A stretch of DNA of 64,000 nt from Bacteroidota bacterium (GCA_039714775.1 JBDLIQ010000001.1:19294-83293); one strand, 5' to 3'; positions 1 to 10,538 are shown, counted from the first letter of the stretch. Numbers and translations are program-made. Notes: generated from the sequence alone by a model not told the origin.

Positions 1-96
1 ATTGTCCCGTCCGGAAATGTAATATTGATCATGTTCGGTTCAAAAGTTAAAAACGCGGCAAAGATACGAATTCTCTATGGTTCCTGACAGGGCAGG

Positions 97-2295
97 CTAC
101 AGGTTCTCCAAAATAAAATCGGTCATGCGGTTGTAGAGGTGGTACGTAGTGTTTCCTCCCTCAATGTGATGGTCCCTGTTTGGATAAAACTGCATCTCAA
201 ATTGCTTATCCGCCTGAACCAGCGACTCCACTAAATCCATTGAGTTCTGGTAGTGCACATTGTCATCCCCACTGCCGTGGATCAGCAGGAACTTTCCTTC
301 AAGTCCGCCGGCAAAATGGATGGGTGAGTTCCCATCATACCCTTTGGGGTTCTCCTGGGGTGTACGCATGAATCTTTCCGTGTAGACGGTATCATAATAG
401 CGCCAGTTGGTGACCGGTGCAACAGCGATTCCCATTTTGAAAGTTCCTTTGCCTTTGGTCATGCAAAGAGTGGTCATGAATCCGCCGTAGCTCCATCCGA
501 AGATCCCCATGCGGTTGGCATCGATATACTCCTGCGACCCAAACCATTGGGCCGATTCCAGCTGGTCGATGGTCTCCAGTTTGCCCAGCGACATGTAGGT
601 CGCTTTTCTAAACTCCTCTCCACGGCCGTTGGTGCCCCGGTTGTCCACACAGGCCACAATATAGCCCTGCTGTGACAGCATTTGGAACCAGACAGCCCTG
701 CTGTCTCCCCATCTGTCGATCACCTTCTGTGATTCGGGTCCGCCATATACGTAGATAAAGAGCGGGTACCTCTTGTCCGGGTCAAAACCGGCCGGTTTGA
801 TCATCCAGCCATTCAACTCCTCTCCACTGGCTGTGGGAACGGTTATAAATTCAGTCTTTGTAAACCCGTATGCTTTCATGGTTTTCTTCAGGCGTGCATT
901 GTCCACCAGCACCCTCAGCTCTTTCCCTTTCCGGTTGTGTAGGGTAATGTGTCCGGGAAAATTGGCAGATGAGTGATCCATGATGTAATACTTATAGGTG
1001 GTGCTGAAGGTGGCGCTGTTGTCTCCTGCGCGGATACTTATTCTCCTCTTCTTTGTGCCATCCAACCGGATGGAGTAGACGTGCCTCTGAACGGTCGACT
1101 CCTCGTAAGAGATGTAATAGAGCAGTTTACTCTTTTCATCATATCCCAGCAGTGAATGAACATCATAATCGCCGCTGGTAACAGGTTGAATAACTCCTGT
1201 GTTGAAATTAAACAGGTAGAGGTGGAAAAACCCATCCCTTTCACTATTCAGGATGAAGTGTTCGCCGTCCTCCAGGTAGGTTACCGTGTTGTCGGAGGCT
1301 TCAGAGATGTACTTTTCGTTCTCTTCGCGGTAAACCACCGCAGACTCCCCGGTGGAGGCATCTGCATGCAGGATATCAAGCTGGTTTTGTAACCTGTTGA
1401 GCCGCATGATGCTCAACGTGTTGGGATCCCGGGTCCACTTGATCCTGGGAATGTACTGGTCGGTCTCCCGGCCAGTCTCCATGGTGGTGACGGCACCGGT
1501 CTCCAGATCATATACGAGGATCGAAACTACAGAATTCTCTTCACCTGCCTTGGGGTACTTGAATTCATATGGCTTGGGATAGAGGGAGCCAAACATGGTC
1601 ATGTGGAACTGTTTCACCCTGCTTTCGTCGAACCGGTAAAAGGCAATCTTCAACCCATCGGGCGACCAGTAAAAACCCTGTGAGAAGCCAAACTCCTCTT
1701 CATAGACCCAGTCCGGTGCTCCGTTGATCACCTGGTTTTTCAAACCATCGAAGGTGATCTGGGTTTCATCTGATTGTGACAGGTCCCGGATATAGAGGTT
1801 GTTGTCCCGCACAAAAGCCACCCGGTCTCCATCGGGGGAGAAGGTGGCCAGCTGCTGTTTACCGTTTGATGACAGGGGAGCAAGCCTGCCGGATGACCTG
1901 TCATACACATGGTAGTTTGCCATGTACGAGTGCCTGTAGATCTTCTCATGAGCCGTCTCGATCAGAATCTTCTCTTCATTCATGCTGAAATGGTAATCAT
2001 CAAATTGCTTCACTCCTGTATGTGCAAACAGATCGAAGAGGGTCTCCACCCATTCTCCGCTCCTGTAGCTGTAGCGGTCAATCCGGCCGTGGTGCTGAAC
2101 CGTATAGTGCTCCCCGTCATTCATCGATTTAAGCCCATCCAGTGTCTCTGCGTAGAACTTATCTGAGCGGTAGACATCCTCAAGGGTAATGGCAGAGGTG
2201 GAGTGGCCAGCCGTTTGGCCTATAGCGGTAATGCCTGAATGTTGGCCTGCTATGAGTGCCAGTGTAATAATAATTGTAAAACTTATCCGGTTCAT
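97..2295 (-). CDS. Dipeptidyl-peptidase IV (S9B prolyl-oligopeptidase-family serine peptidase), secreted
   Basis: 732-aa ORF with an N-terminal signal peptide. A DPPIV-type N-terminal propeller region is followed by an alpha/beta hydrolase domain with nucleophile motif FGWSYGG, then GSGDDNVH (Asp) and NRDHH (His). Confidence 0.9.
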   Translation of the reverse strand: MNRISFTIIITLALIAGQHSGITAIGQTAGHSTSAITLEDVYRSDKFYAETLDGLKSMNDGEHYTVQHHGRIDRYSYRSGEWVETLFDLFAHTGVKQFDDYHFSMNEEKILIETAHEKIYRHSYMANYHVYDRSSGRLAPLSSNGKQQLATFSPDGDRVAFVRDNNLYIRDLSQSDETQITFDGLKNQVINGAPDWVYEEEFGFSQGFYWSPDGLKIAFYRFDESRVKQFHMTMFGSLYPKPYEFKYPKAGEENSVVSILVYDLETGAVTTMETGRETDQYIPRIKWTRDPNTLSIMRLNRLQNQLDILHADASTGESAVVYREENEKYISEASDNTVTYLEDGEHFILNSERDGFFHLYLFNFNTGVIQPVTSGDYDVHSLLGYDEKSKLLYYISYEESTVQRHVYSIRLDGTKKRRISIRAGDNSATFSTTYKYYIMDHSSANFPGHITLHNRKGKELRVLVDNARLKKTMKAYGFTKTEFITVPTASGEELNGWMIKPAGFDPDKRYPLFIYVYGGPESQKVIDRWGDSRAVWFQMLSQQGYIVACVDNRGTNGRGEEFRKATYMSLGKLETIDQLESAQWFGSQEYIDANRMGIFGWSYGGFMTTLCMTKGKGTFKMGIAVAPVTNWRYYDTVYTERFMRTPQENPKGYDGNSPIHFAGGLEGKFLLIHGSGDDNVHYQNSMDLVESLVQADKQFEMQFYPNRDHHIEGGNTTYHLYNRMTDFILENL

Positions 2296-2419
2296 ACTGA
2301 TTGTGAGTAAGTGTTTTCTCTATTTTCGCCAAAGGAATAAAAAACCTTTGGAATGGCAATAACATAGTTTGGCATGCTATTTGAATTTTATTTAGTAAAT
2401 GAACTAAAAACCGATTGTC

Positions 2420-3148
2420 ATGAAACGCTTACTTACCATACTGCCCATTTTGTCACTGATGGTGACAAGCTGCTACAAAGAACCCTTTGCCGATGCGATC
2501 ATCGATCCGCTGCCCGCCTATGTTGATGAGAACATAACCTTTACCAACCTCTCCACCAATGCAAAACATGTGGAGTGGGACATGGATGATGGAACCATCA
2601 CCTCGGCATTCAGCCCCACCTATGCTTTTGATCTTCCGGGAATATACAATGTGATGCTTACTGCATTTGGTGATAGGGGAGATATAAGTGTTGCCTATTT
2701 CCCGGTGGAGGTGATCGGTTCGCTCAAGGTGATTGTGAAAGAGTACTATGACGAATATGTTGTCCCCGATGCCAGGGTGCGCCTCTATCCTTCATTGTTT
2801 GACTGGGACAATGAGACCAACCTGGTGGCAGAAGCCTATACCAACAATGCAGGAGAGGTTGTATTCGCCAACCTGGCAAACCAGAGATATTATGTGGATG
2901 TATTCGAGACCTGGCATGATAACTATACCCTGGGAACAGAGGAGGATGGAGTTCAGTGGATCGAAACCCCACCCCTGAATCCTGACTACTTTTACGAGTT
3001 TGTAGCCTATGTGGATGTATATGACACACCTGCCACCAAGTCTGCCACGACCACAAAGAGCAAAAAAATGATGCTGAAAGAGAAGGCTTCTGGTGAATCC
3101 AGACCGGCCAGAACAACCTCCACAGCAGTCCCGAAGAAGGGTAGATAA
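2420..3148 (+). CDS. PKD-domain lipoprotein with carboxypeptidase-regulatory-like beta-sandwich
   Basis: 242-aa ORF with a lipobox-like signal (LSLMVTSC). PKD-like segment ITFTNLS..VEWDMDDGT..PGIYNVMLTA, then a second beta-sandwich-like segment (ARVRLYPS..AGEVVFANL) and a K/T/S-rich tail. Confidence 0.65.
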   Translation: MKRLLTILPILSLMVTSCYKEPFADAIIDPLPAYVDENITFTNLSTNAKHVEWDMDDGTITSAFSPTYAFDLPGIYNVMLTAFGDRGDISVAYFPVEVIGSLKVIVKEYYDEYVVPDARVRLYPSLFDWDNETNLVAEAYTNNAGEVVFANLANQRYYVDVFETWHDNYTLGTEEDGVQWIETPPLNPDYFYEFVAYVDVYDTPATKSATTTKSKKMMLKEKASGESRPARTTSTAVPKKGR

Positions 3149-3198
3149 AAAAAGTAGAGGATCAGGTATATAAAAGCATAAAAAAATCATATATTTGC

Positions 3199-3233
3199 AG
3201 CCCGAAAGCCGGAAAAGGTTTTCGGGCTTTTTT
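3199..3233 (+). terminator. Rho-independent terminator after the PKD lipoprotein gene
   Basis: Inverted repeat AGCCCGAAA / TTTCGGGCT (3199-3207 / 3220-3228) followed by a T-run, about 50 nt after the stop at 3148. Confidence 0.7.
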
Positions 3234-3268
3234 ACAAGAGGAGTTCTAGATAAGATTAGTCATCAAAT

Positions 3269-3355
3269 GCCCAGATGGCGGAATTGGTAGACGCGCTAGT
3301 TTCAGGGACTAGTGTACGCAAGTACGTGCAGGTTCGAGTCCTGTTCTGGGCACCA
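3269..3355 (+). tRNA. tRNA-Leu (anticodon CAG), class II with long variable arm, CCA encoded
   Basis: Acceptor stem GCCCAGA/TCTGGGC. Anticodon stem CTAGT/ACTAG with loop TTCAGGG. T-arm GGTTCGAGTCC. Long variable arm. 3' ACCA present. Confidence 0.93.
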
Positions 3356-3391
3356 TAATCTGAGTTCTTATTTTGATTGAAGCTTATTAAC

Positions 3392-3477
3392 GCCCAGGTG
3401 GCGGAACTGGTAGACGCGCTAGGTTGAGGGCCTAGTGACCGATTTAGGTCGTGCAAGTTCGATTCTTGTCCTGGGCA
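3392..3477 (+). tRNA. tRNA-Leu (anticodon GAG), class II with long variable arm
   Basis: Acceptor stem GCCCAGG/CCTGGGC. Anticodon stem CTAGG/CCTAG with loop TTGAGGG. T-arm AGTTCGATTCT. CCA not encoded. Confidence 0.92.
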
Positions 3478-3491
3478 CTCCACAAAGAACA

Positions 3492-3545
3492 AGCCGGAAA
3501 AAGAGCGTTTTTTCAGACCTCCTTTTCCGGCTTTCTCTTTTTCTT
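3492..3545 (+). terminator. Possible terminator after the tRNA-Leu pair
   Basis: 10-bp stem AGCCGGAAAA / TTTTCCGGCT (3492-3501 / 3523-3532) followed by a T-rich tract (TTCTCTTTTTCTT). The loop is large at 21 nt. The element overlaps the 3' end of the antisense AraC remnant. Confidence 0.4.
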
Positions 3546-3735
3546 GTAATCCGATGGATTGACACCAAACCTGGCCTTGAAGACCGATGCAAAATAGGAT
3601 GGATTCTGCATACCTGCCTGGTACATTACCTGTGTTATGTTGAGGTCTGTTGAACTGAAAAGATGAGCAGCTCTTTTCAACCTGATTTGATGTATCAATT
3701 CCAGGGGAGCGGAACTGGTTTCTGCTTTGGCCTTT
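3513..3735 (-). pseudogene. Remnant of an AraC/XylS-family transcriptional regulator (C-terminal HTH only)
   Basis: Only the last ~70 codons remain: KAKAETSSAPLELIHQIRLKRAAHLFSSTDLNITQVMYQAGMQNPSYFASVFKARFGVNPSDY, which is the second HTH of an AraC domain. An in-frame TAA lies at 3735-3737. There is no ATG (the tracked ORF uses TTG) and no N-terminal domain. About 200 nt of AT-rich non-coding DNA lies upstream. Confidence 0.75.
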
Positions 3736-3939
3736 TATAACTCACTATGTTAAAACCTGTGATGCTATTGATAATAATATGAAAGCTTAGCTTTTTCTAA
3801 AACTGGGAGAGTAGGTAATTTGCACAAAATACAACCCGGAAGTAAGATCACCCCTCTCAATCAAAACCTTGTTCGGAATTGATGATTTACTACAAGTTAT
3901 GAAGAATGCAGTAAACCATCAAATCACAAAGACCATCAA

Positions 3940-6492
3940 TCAGAGTTTTATGAACTTCGCTGTCTCCAGGCCCTCTTTACCCTGGAACATCACCACATAG
4001 ACTCCTTTGCCAAGGTTTGAAACATTCAGTTCATGATGAACCTCCCATACAGTCTCCTGGTGAACGATTGCTCCCTGCATGTTAATGATGCTTAATTCGC
4101 CTGTCATGGGGCTGCTAAGGTCAACTTTCAGGATCTCATCAACCAGGGTAGGGCTGATTTTGAGGAGTTCAGGGCCTGAGGTCTCATTTTTCGTGATTCC
4201 ATCCGGCACTCCCTCAACAATCTCCACACTGTAATCCTCAACCTCACCATATCCAATCATCTCACAGGGCTGCAGGGAGCTGTTGCCACCCTTCATCGAT
4301 ACCCTCATAATGGTGGATCCTGTAAGTGCGGATCCGGGCACTGTAAATGAGCCGGATATATCCATACCCGTTTTACCGTTCACCACCAGCTCACTCTTTT
4401 CAAAGCCCTGGTTCTGGTTAAGGTCGATCCAGACGCTCCATTTACTATCCATGCCGGAGCTATCCGGCAGAACACCCTGGATGAACGCATAGTCCACCAC
4501 ACTGTCTTTGGTCATCTCAACGGTAAGGGTCTTGAAATCACCATATCCTTCATCATTATGGCTGGTATTGACCATATCACCCATGGTAACCTGGTCAATA
4601 AAGATGCGGTTGGTGGTATCTCTGTTACCCTCGGATTCACAGTAGAGGCAATCGTAATCCGATGCAACAAAACGGAGATGGTCTATGTTGAACAGTTCCG
4701 ACTCCGGTACAAATGTTATGGTATTCTTCCCGGTTGGCAAGGTCAACTGTCCCACCGAAACGGTAACAAAGCTTTGCCACCCATTTGTACCCTGGAAGGA
4801 GAGGGGACCGGTCACATTCTCCCCGTCCACCTCCAGGTGGAAGGTTCGGTTGTCTGTATTGATGGCTGCTACCCTTGCATAGACCTGGTAGGTTGTGTCG
4901 GCGCCCCTGATATCTGAATAATTGATCCACTCACCCGGGTTGATCCACCCCACATTGTATCCTCCTTCGGTGGGCTCAATATCAACCCCTTCATCGGGTC
5001 TGTAGGCGCCTCCCTCATTGCTGGTCTCCTTATCGGAGTAGCTGATCCCCTCACCCGCTATATCGTAGTTCTCCATCTCTATGATGAAGTCCAGTGAGTC
5101 GCTGTTTCCTCCCAGGTAGCTTAATGAGACATTAGAAGAAAAGATCAGTGTGTTTGAGATGTTGTTTGCCTCATTCTTCTCCTCAACCTGATCGTCGCTA
5201 TCTGCAACAATCTTCACTCTGAATGGCAAAGCGGGTGTTTCATATTTTTCTTCCAGAAGGGCAACAATTGAATCACCCGGAGCCAGCTCTTCGATAGTCA
5301 TGTTCCAGTGCTGTGCCGGGTCTCCATCTACCTCGAAATAGATATTTGCCTGCCCTCCGGTAGCCGAGTCCCCGATGTTCTTGATAACCGCGTATATCTG
5401 TACCAAATCTCCAGGGAAGGGATCCCTCGGTTCTGTCCCTATCTTTACAGCTTTCAGATCAGGACCGGTATGCAACTCCTGGCTTAACGCCCTGTATCGG
5501 AACCAGGATGGTTTATAAACTCGTGGAGATTGATCGGTTTCCCGCTCCACCAGGCTGAAATAGTTGTGGTCGTCAACCAATTCAGGTGTTCCAAAATAGG
5601 TGTACTTAAACTGGAAAAAACGCTCAATTCTCGGGTGGGCAAAGGCCATCCTGACGTACTCTTCGAGGATATCAGCGTTCTCATCAGGGTCGGCTTTCTT
5701 TGTCCCCAGTTCCGTGAGCCATAAAGGTTTATCGGTATCCCCGTAACTGTCCATGGTGTTCAGAACGACATCCTGGATATTGTAATTGAATTTTTCAGGG
5801 GTATAGGTGTAATAGGGGTGAATGGCCATCACATCGTATGGGTAGCAGCCATGTTCGTTATGAAAATTGGTAAAATGCGCCGACGCAAAAACATCTTTTA
5901 CCCATTGACTTGCATCAGGGTTTGTACCGGTTGGATGAAAAGCTCCCACAGCATCGATCCCTCCGAATACAATGGTGGCTTCAGGATCCCACTGGTCCGA
6001 ATATTTGAATTTTGCATACACCGAATCCAGCAGCAACGCATATTCATCCGGGTAGAGATGCCAGGTACCGTTCTCCTCGTTCCAGATCTCCCACGCTTTT
6101 ACACCCCTGTCCCGGAAATAGGGGACCGCCGTGGCCAGTCTGTCCACCAGCTCCATTGAATTGGTATAGTGTGGTATCTGTGTTCCCCACTTTGGAATTA
6201 GCTCAGATGTGGATGGATAGCTTTCATAGGTGACCAGCATCATTACATCAATGCTCAGTTCGTTGCATGTGGCGATGATCTCATCATACGAGCTGTAGTC
6301 ATATATTCTCTGCAGATGAATCCGGATGGTATTTAGCCCCATCTCCTTATAATATTCAAGCTCTTCAGCATCGAATTGGGTGGAGAATGTGGGTGAGATG
6401 CCGAAAAAATCGGGTTTCTCAATCTGTGACATTATGGAGAGCTGACCGGCCAGCAGCCCTATTATAAACATTGTGATCCTTTTTAGCATCAT
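3940..6492 (-). CDS. Secreted multidomain clan GH-A glycoside hydrolase (GH5/GH39-like TIM barrel + CARDB + CBM6-like + GEVED + T9SS C-terminal sorting domain)
   Basis: 850-aa ORF with a signal peptide. TIM-barrel motifs WEIWNEEN (acid/base) and LWLTELG (nucleophile). CARDB-like segment DLVQIYAVIKNIGDSA. CBM6-like segment YDIAGEGISYSD..GWINPGEWINY. GEVED motif GYGEVEDYSVEI. C-terminal Por/T9SS tail ending KGVYVVMFQGKEGLETAKFIKL. Confidence 0.85.
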   Translation of the reverse strand: MMLKRITMFIIGLLAGQLSIMSQIEKPDFFGISPTFSTQFDAEELEYYKEMGLNTIRIHLQRIYDYSSYDEIIATCNELSIDVMMLVTYESYPSTSELIPKWGTQIPHYTNSMELVDRLATAVPYFRDRGVKAWEIWNEENGTWHLYPDEYALLLDSVYAKFKYSDQWDPEATIVFGGIDAVGAFHPTGTNPDASQWVKDVFASAHFTNFHNEHGCYPYDVMAIHPYYTYTPEKFNYNIQDVVLNTMDSYGDTDKPLWLTELGTKKADPDENADILEEYVRMAFAHPRIERFFQFKYTYFGTPELVDDHNYFSLVERETDQSPRVYKPSWFRYRALSQELHTGPDLKAVKIGTEPRDPFPGDLVQIYAVIKNIGDSATGGQANIYFEVDGDPAQHWNMTIEELAPGDSIVALLEEKYETPALPFRVKIVADSDDQVEEKNEANNISNTLIFSSNVSLSYLGGNSDSLDFIIEMENYDIAGEGISYSDKETSNEGGAYRPDEGVDIEPTEGGYNVGWINPGEWINYSDIRGADTTYQVYARVAAINTDNRTFHLEVDGENVTGPLSFQGTNGWQSFVTVSVGQLTLPTGKNTITFVPESELFNIDHLRFVASDYDCLYCESEGNRDTTNRIFIDQVTMGDMVNTSHNDEGYGDFKTLTVEMTKDSVVDYAFIQGVLPDSSGMDSKWSVWIDLNQNQGFEKSELVVNGKTGMDISGSFTVPGSALTGSTIMRVSMKGGNSSLQPCEMIGYGEVEDYSVEIVEGVPDGITKNETSGPELLKISPTLVDEILKVDLSSPMTGELSIINMQGAIVHQETVWEVHHELNVSNLGKGVYVVMFQGKEGLETAKFIKL

Positions 6493-6593
6493 CTTTCTAT
6501 TTCTACAGTAATATACTTCTCTCCTGGAATCTCTCTCTCAAACTATATTCCAGCTCGCCGTGGCGGCTTCATGAGCTTCGGTCCCTGTAATAC

Positions 6594-7565
6594 TTACAAC
6601 AGGATGTTTTTACAAAACTCAACACATTTTGCTGTTTCCTGGACTGCGTCTGAGTCTTTGGGAATGTCGTACTCAAGTTCCACATCGCAATAGATGCCGT
6701 ATTGATTATCCCTGACCAGTTGCAGGATATCTTCCAGAGGGGTGTCGCCTTCGCCCCAGGGGGCATTGGTATCGGCCGGATCGGCATCTTTTCCGGTCTT
6801 GTCTTTCAGATGAATGCTGAAGATGCGGTCGTGCAGCTCTTCGATCAGTTCGTTGGGGTGTTTTCCGGTAGCTCCGAAATAGTGCCCAACATCGAGGTTC
6901 AGCATGTTGTTGGGTGAGTAGGCGAGGAAATCCTCAAAGTGAAAGGTGGAATCGCCCGGTTGGCCATGGTTGTGGAAGATGGCATACATGTCATGTTTTT
7001 CAGCAAAGGCACCCAGCCGCTTACAGGCTTCATGTCCGATCTCATTGCTGATGCCATCGGCTCCCAGGATTTTTGCAGACTCGAAAGCATAATCGATCTC
7101 CTCATCTGTCCAGTTGGCAGGGGAGAACTTTACAATGTGAATGTTCACACCGGCCTGGTCAAACATCTTCTTAAGTTCAGCGTACTTCTCTGCCGAAGCA
7201 CCTGAAGTTCGCCATTGGGCTATCTTCTTTTTTGCCTCTTCACGCTCTATTTCAAAAGCGGCCCTCTCCTCGTCTGTCATTTGATCATAGTTTTCAGGCC
7301 AGGAGAAACCTGGTACACCGGCATATGCTTCAACTACATCGCCCATGAGTTCAACGGAGCTGATACCGGTCTCTATACAATAGTCGATAATATCCTGTGC
7401 TGTTCCCGGCATGCTCCGCCAGCTATAGGTGATCGCACCGATCTGTACTCCGTTGAAGTTTGAGTCAGGTTTGTCTGATTTGACAGTACATCCAACAAAG
7501 AGAGAGGAGGTTATAACTGCAGCCACTGCCAGACTGGAAATTTTTGATATGACATTTTTCATCAT
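6594..7565 (-). CDS. Sugar-phosphate isomerase/epimerase (xylose-isomerase-like TIM barrel), exported/lipoprotein
   Basis: 323-aa ORF with signal plus lipobox-like LFVGC. Xylose-isomerase-like TIM barrel pattern (..FHNHGQP.., ..NLDVGHY.., ..IHLKD.., ..ELEYD..). Confidence 0.75.
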   Translation of the reverse strand: MMKNVISKISSLAVAAVITSSLFVGCTVKSDKPDSNFNGVQIGAITYSWRSMPGTAQDIIDYCIETGISSVELMGDVVEAYAGVPGFSWPENYDQMTDEERAAFEIEREEAKKKIAQWRTSGASAEKYAELKKMFDQAGVNIHIVKFSPANWTDEEIDYAFESAKILGADGISNEIGHEACKRLGAFAEKHDMYAIFHNHGQPGDSTFHFEDFLAYSPNNMLNLDVGHYFGATGKHPNELIEELHDRIFSIHLKDKTGKDADPADTNAPWGEGDTPLEDILQLVRDNQYGIYCDVELEYDIPKDSDAVQETAKCVEFCKNILL

Positions 7566-7662
7566 TGGAGAATTAATTTGGATTGTTAACGTATTTTGGA
7601 CGCAATGTAGTAATATTTTTGCAGATATTTCATCAGGTTTTTACCACACAGAGCTTACCAGA

Positions 7663-8787
7663 TTATTCTATCACAAGTTCGATTTCCGGGTGTTCCCCCG
7701 GAGCTGTAATGGCATTCAGGACTGCAAACCGGAGTATATAAGAATCAAGTTTCTCTACCGTCTTTACCTGGACCAGGGTCTGCTCGTGTGCCTTCAGGAT
7801 AAAAACATCAGCCAGGTTGTGCAGATTGTATTCCGAACGATTCTCTATGATATAATCGGCATCGGAGTTGTTTTGTATAAACAGTTTCTCCACCAGCGAT
7901 TTACCATGCCGCTCTATAACAATTGATTGTTGGATCAGCGGAACCAGGTACTTATCACTGCCCACCAGGGTATTCTTAAACCAGACTGCTGTCCTCTGGT
8001 GCATCAGGGCCTCCTTTATCGCTTTTGGACTGTTCTCTGTAGCAAATACAAGGGTGACGGGCCGGTGACCTCCTCCGGGCAGATCAAACTGCCAGTCGAT
8101 CAGGCCATGAATGTCAGAATTTCCAAGCATGGTCAGGTTGTGATCCAGGGCAATCTTAACTGCCTCATCGGAGTATGTATCCTCATTGAAGATCTCAACT
8201 CCCTGGAGGAGTCCTTCTGAGATCAGCTCCCGGTGCATGGTATCCAGGAATGCGATTCCATCCCGTTGTTGAGCGGTCCAGTGCGGATGGTTCCAGAAAA
8301 CAAAGGCATCCTGTCGTCTGGCCTCCCGGAAAACCTTCATCACATCATCCTGGTTCAGTCTGTTGGCATCCTGAACAAAGATGGCATTGGCATGTCCCGG
8401 GGGCATGTCACGGGTAATTTCAACCCCGTTGATCACGGTCAGTTCGCTTCCCTTTGCAGCCTTTTTTGCCAGTTCATAACTCCTGTTTCTGTCAGGGTGG
8501 GGGATATCATTACGGTGGGGCTGGTATTCAATATGATCTGTAATAGCAATGGCATCCAGTCCATCCTTCAGGGCCTCCTGCACGCGGATATCATGCCATA
8601 CATTTCCATCAGACAGTACTGTATGCATGTGAAAGTCACACTTCAGGGTAAGGTAGCCAGGGATGTCGGGAAACTCAATGGCACGGTCGGGTGACTGCCC
8701 CATAGAAAGCTGACCTGTTAGAAGAGCTGTCCCAAGCAGGAGGGCGAAAAGGATCTGTTTGATTCTGAAAGTCTTGTAGTTTATCAT
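7663..8787 (-). CDS. PHP-domain metal-dependent phosphoesterase (Sb-PDE-like), secreted
   Basis: PHP motif CDFHMHTVLSDG plus ITDHIEY and NSDIHG. Signal peptide follows the ATG at 8787 (MINYKTFRIKQILFALLLG). The tracked ORF extends to 8826. Confidence 0.75.
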   Translation of the reverse strand: MINYKTFRIKQILFALLLGTALLTGQLSMGQSPDRAIEFPDIPGYLTLKCDFHMHTVLSDGNVWHDIRVQEALKDGLDAIAITDHIEYQPHRNDIPHPDRNRSYELAKKAAKGSELTVINGVEITRDMPPGHANAIFVQDANRLNQDDVMKVFREARRQDAFVFWNHPHWTAQQRDGIAFLDTMHRELISEGLLQGVEIFNEDTYSDEAVKIALDHNLTMLGNSDIHGLIDWQFDLPGGGHRPVTLVFATENSPKAIKEALMHQRTAVWFKNTLVGSDKYLVPLIQQSIVIERHGKSLVEKLFIQNNSDADYIIENRSEYNLHNLADVFILKAHEQTLVQVKTVEKLDSYILRFAVLNAITAPGEHPEIELVIE

Positions 8788-8985
8788 AGTAGATTGTATT
8801 GTCAAAGTGTGCGTCAAAACTAACAAAAAGCAGGTTGTTAGTAAAGGAATTTATCTTTAGTTTTGATTCACCGTCAACCCAATTTGGATCTACTCCAATA
8901 ATTGAGATGTTCAGTTAAGCCAGGCTGCGGTTCAGATATTGAGAGCAAAGTTTGCTATATTAAAGCCAAATGAAATCTATTTATC

Positions 8986-10497
8986 ATGACCAGATACATT
9001 CTTTCCATCGACCAGGGTACCACCAGTTCAAGGGCCATTATTTTTGACCATGCCGGTAAAATAGAGGGCGTGGCCCAGCAGGAGTTCCGGCAGATTTTCC
9101 CCAAACCCGGATGGGTAGAGCATGATCCGAAGGAGATCTGGTCTTCCCAGTTGCATGTGCTGAATGATGTGCTCGAAAACGCGGGGATCGGAGCAGGGGA
9201 GCTTGCAGCCATCGGGATTACCAATCAGCGGGAGACAGCGGTGGCGTGGGACAGGGCAACCGGGGAACCCCTTTGTAATGCCATTGTATGGCAGGACAGG
9301 CGGACAGCCCCAACCTGTGATGAGATGAAATCCAGGGGACTGGAGAAGATGATCAGGGAGAAGACAGGGCTGGTTATTGATGCCTATTTTTCAGCCACCA
9401 AGTGGAAATGGATGCTGGATCATCTGCCCGGGATAAGGGAGAAAGCGGGGAGGGGCGAAGTTGCATTTGGAACCATCGACTCCTGGCTGATCTGGAACCT
9501 GACCGGGGGGAAGGTGCATGTGACCGATGTATCCAATGCCAGCCGCACCATGCTGTTCAATATCAATACCCTTCAGTGGGACAGAGAGCTCCTGGAGCTG
9601 TTTGATATTCCTGAAAGCGTGCTTCCCGAAGTGCGTTCATCATCAGAGATTTACGGAAACACAGCGGAAGAAATTCTTACCATCCCGGTGCCCATTGCAG
9701 GGATCGCAGGGGATCAGCAGGCTGCTACCTTTGGCCAGATGTGCCTCTCGCCGGGATCGGTGAAGAACACCTATGGCACAGGATGTTTTATTCTCTGCAA
9801 TACAGGTGAGCAACCTGTGCGGAGTGAACACAACCTGGTGACTACCATCGCCTGGCAACTGGATGGTATAACCCACTATGCCCTGGAGGGAAGTATCTTC
9901 ATCGGGGGAGCAGTGGTGCAGTGGTTACGAGATGGATTGGAGCTGATTAAGTCCTCCTCTGAGGTGGAGGAGCTTGCAGCCACGGTGGAAGACAATGGAG
10001 GGGTCTATTTTGTTCCGGCCTTTACCGGACTGGGGGCGCCCTACTGGGATCCCTATGCCACAGGAATGATTGCAGGACTGACAAGGGGGGTCACCTCCGG
10101 CCACATTGCCCGCGCTGCCCTGGAGAGTATTGCATACCAGGTGCAAGATGTGATGGGGGCCATGGAGGTGGATGCGGGTATTAAGATCAGTGAACTGAAG
10201 GTGGATGGCGGAGCGGTGGTCAATGACCTGCTGATGCAGTTCCAGGCCGACCTGATTGGCATTCCCGTGATTCGTCCCGAAACCATTGAGACCACTGCTT
10301 TGGGAGCAGCCTACCTGGCCGGACTGTCAGTGGGATACTGGACAGATATTGATGAGATCAGGGAGCAGTGGGCGGTGCAGAAAAGATTCAAGCCCACCAC
10401 CGGGGAGCCGGAAAGAGAGGAGATGGTGAAGGGGTGGAAAAAGGCGGTCTCCCGTTCCCAATCCTGGAACACTCCACCTGCCCAATCAACCACATAG
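8986..10497 (+). CDS. glpK: Glycerol kinase
   Basis: 503 aa. N-terminus [29 protein letters not shown] and the FGGY-family layout are characteristic of GlpK. It is followed directly by a glycerol facilitator gene. Confidence 0.95.
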   Translation: MTRYILSIDQGTTSSRAIIFDHAGKIEGVAQQEFRQIFPKPGWVEHDPKEIWSSQLHVLNDVLENAGIGAGELAAIGITNQRETAVAWDRATGEPLCNAIVWQDRRTAPTCDEMKSRGLEKMIREKTGLVIDAYFSATKWKWMLDHLPGIREKAGRGEVAFGTIDSWLIWNLTGGKVHVTDVSNASRTMLFNINTLQWDRELLELFDIPESVLPEVRSSSEIYGNTAEEILTIPVPIAGIAGDQQAATFGQMCLSPGSVKNTYGTGCFILCNTGEQPVRSEHNLVTTIAWQLDGITHYALEGSIFIGGAVVQWLRDGLELIKSSSEVEELAATVEDNGGVYFVPAFTGLGAPYWDPYATGMIAGLTRGVTSGHIARAALESIAYQVQDVMGAMEVDAGIKISELKVDGGAVVNDLLMQFQADLIGIPVIRPETIETTALGAAYLAGLSVGYWTDIDEIREQWAVQKRFKPTTGEPEREEMVKGWKKAVSRSQSWNTPPAQSTT

Positions 10498-10538
10498 CTA
10501 ACCCGGTAACTAACAAACCACCTAACCACCTAACTATC

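Noticed and set aside
3190-3197. A TATATTTG -7-like box upstream of the first tRNA-Leu.
   Set aside because: It lies immediately before the terminator hairpin of the PKD gene (3199-3233), so transcripts starting there would run into the terminator. It is more likely a chance match in AT-rich spacer.
3256-3653. ORFs 3256-3492 (minus strand) and 3435-3653 (plus strand) over the tRNA region.
   Set aside because: They overlap two canonical tRNA-Leu genes and a terminator, and have no protein-like features.
3269-3939. A possible integrative element or prophage at the tRNA-Leu pair.
   Set aside because: No integrase, excisionase or phage genes are present, and no direct repeat of a tRNA 3' end is visible in the window. 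Only a gene remnant is there, so it is reported as a possible scar.
10368-10538. N-terminal extension of the glpF ORF that overlaps the glpK 3' end.
   Set aside because: The extension ([18 protein letters not shown]..) is non-membrane and overlaps glpK. The MIP fold begins at the ATG at 10539 (MNEIIAEFIGTF).
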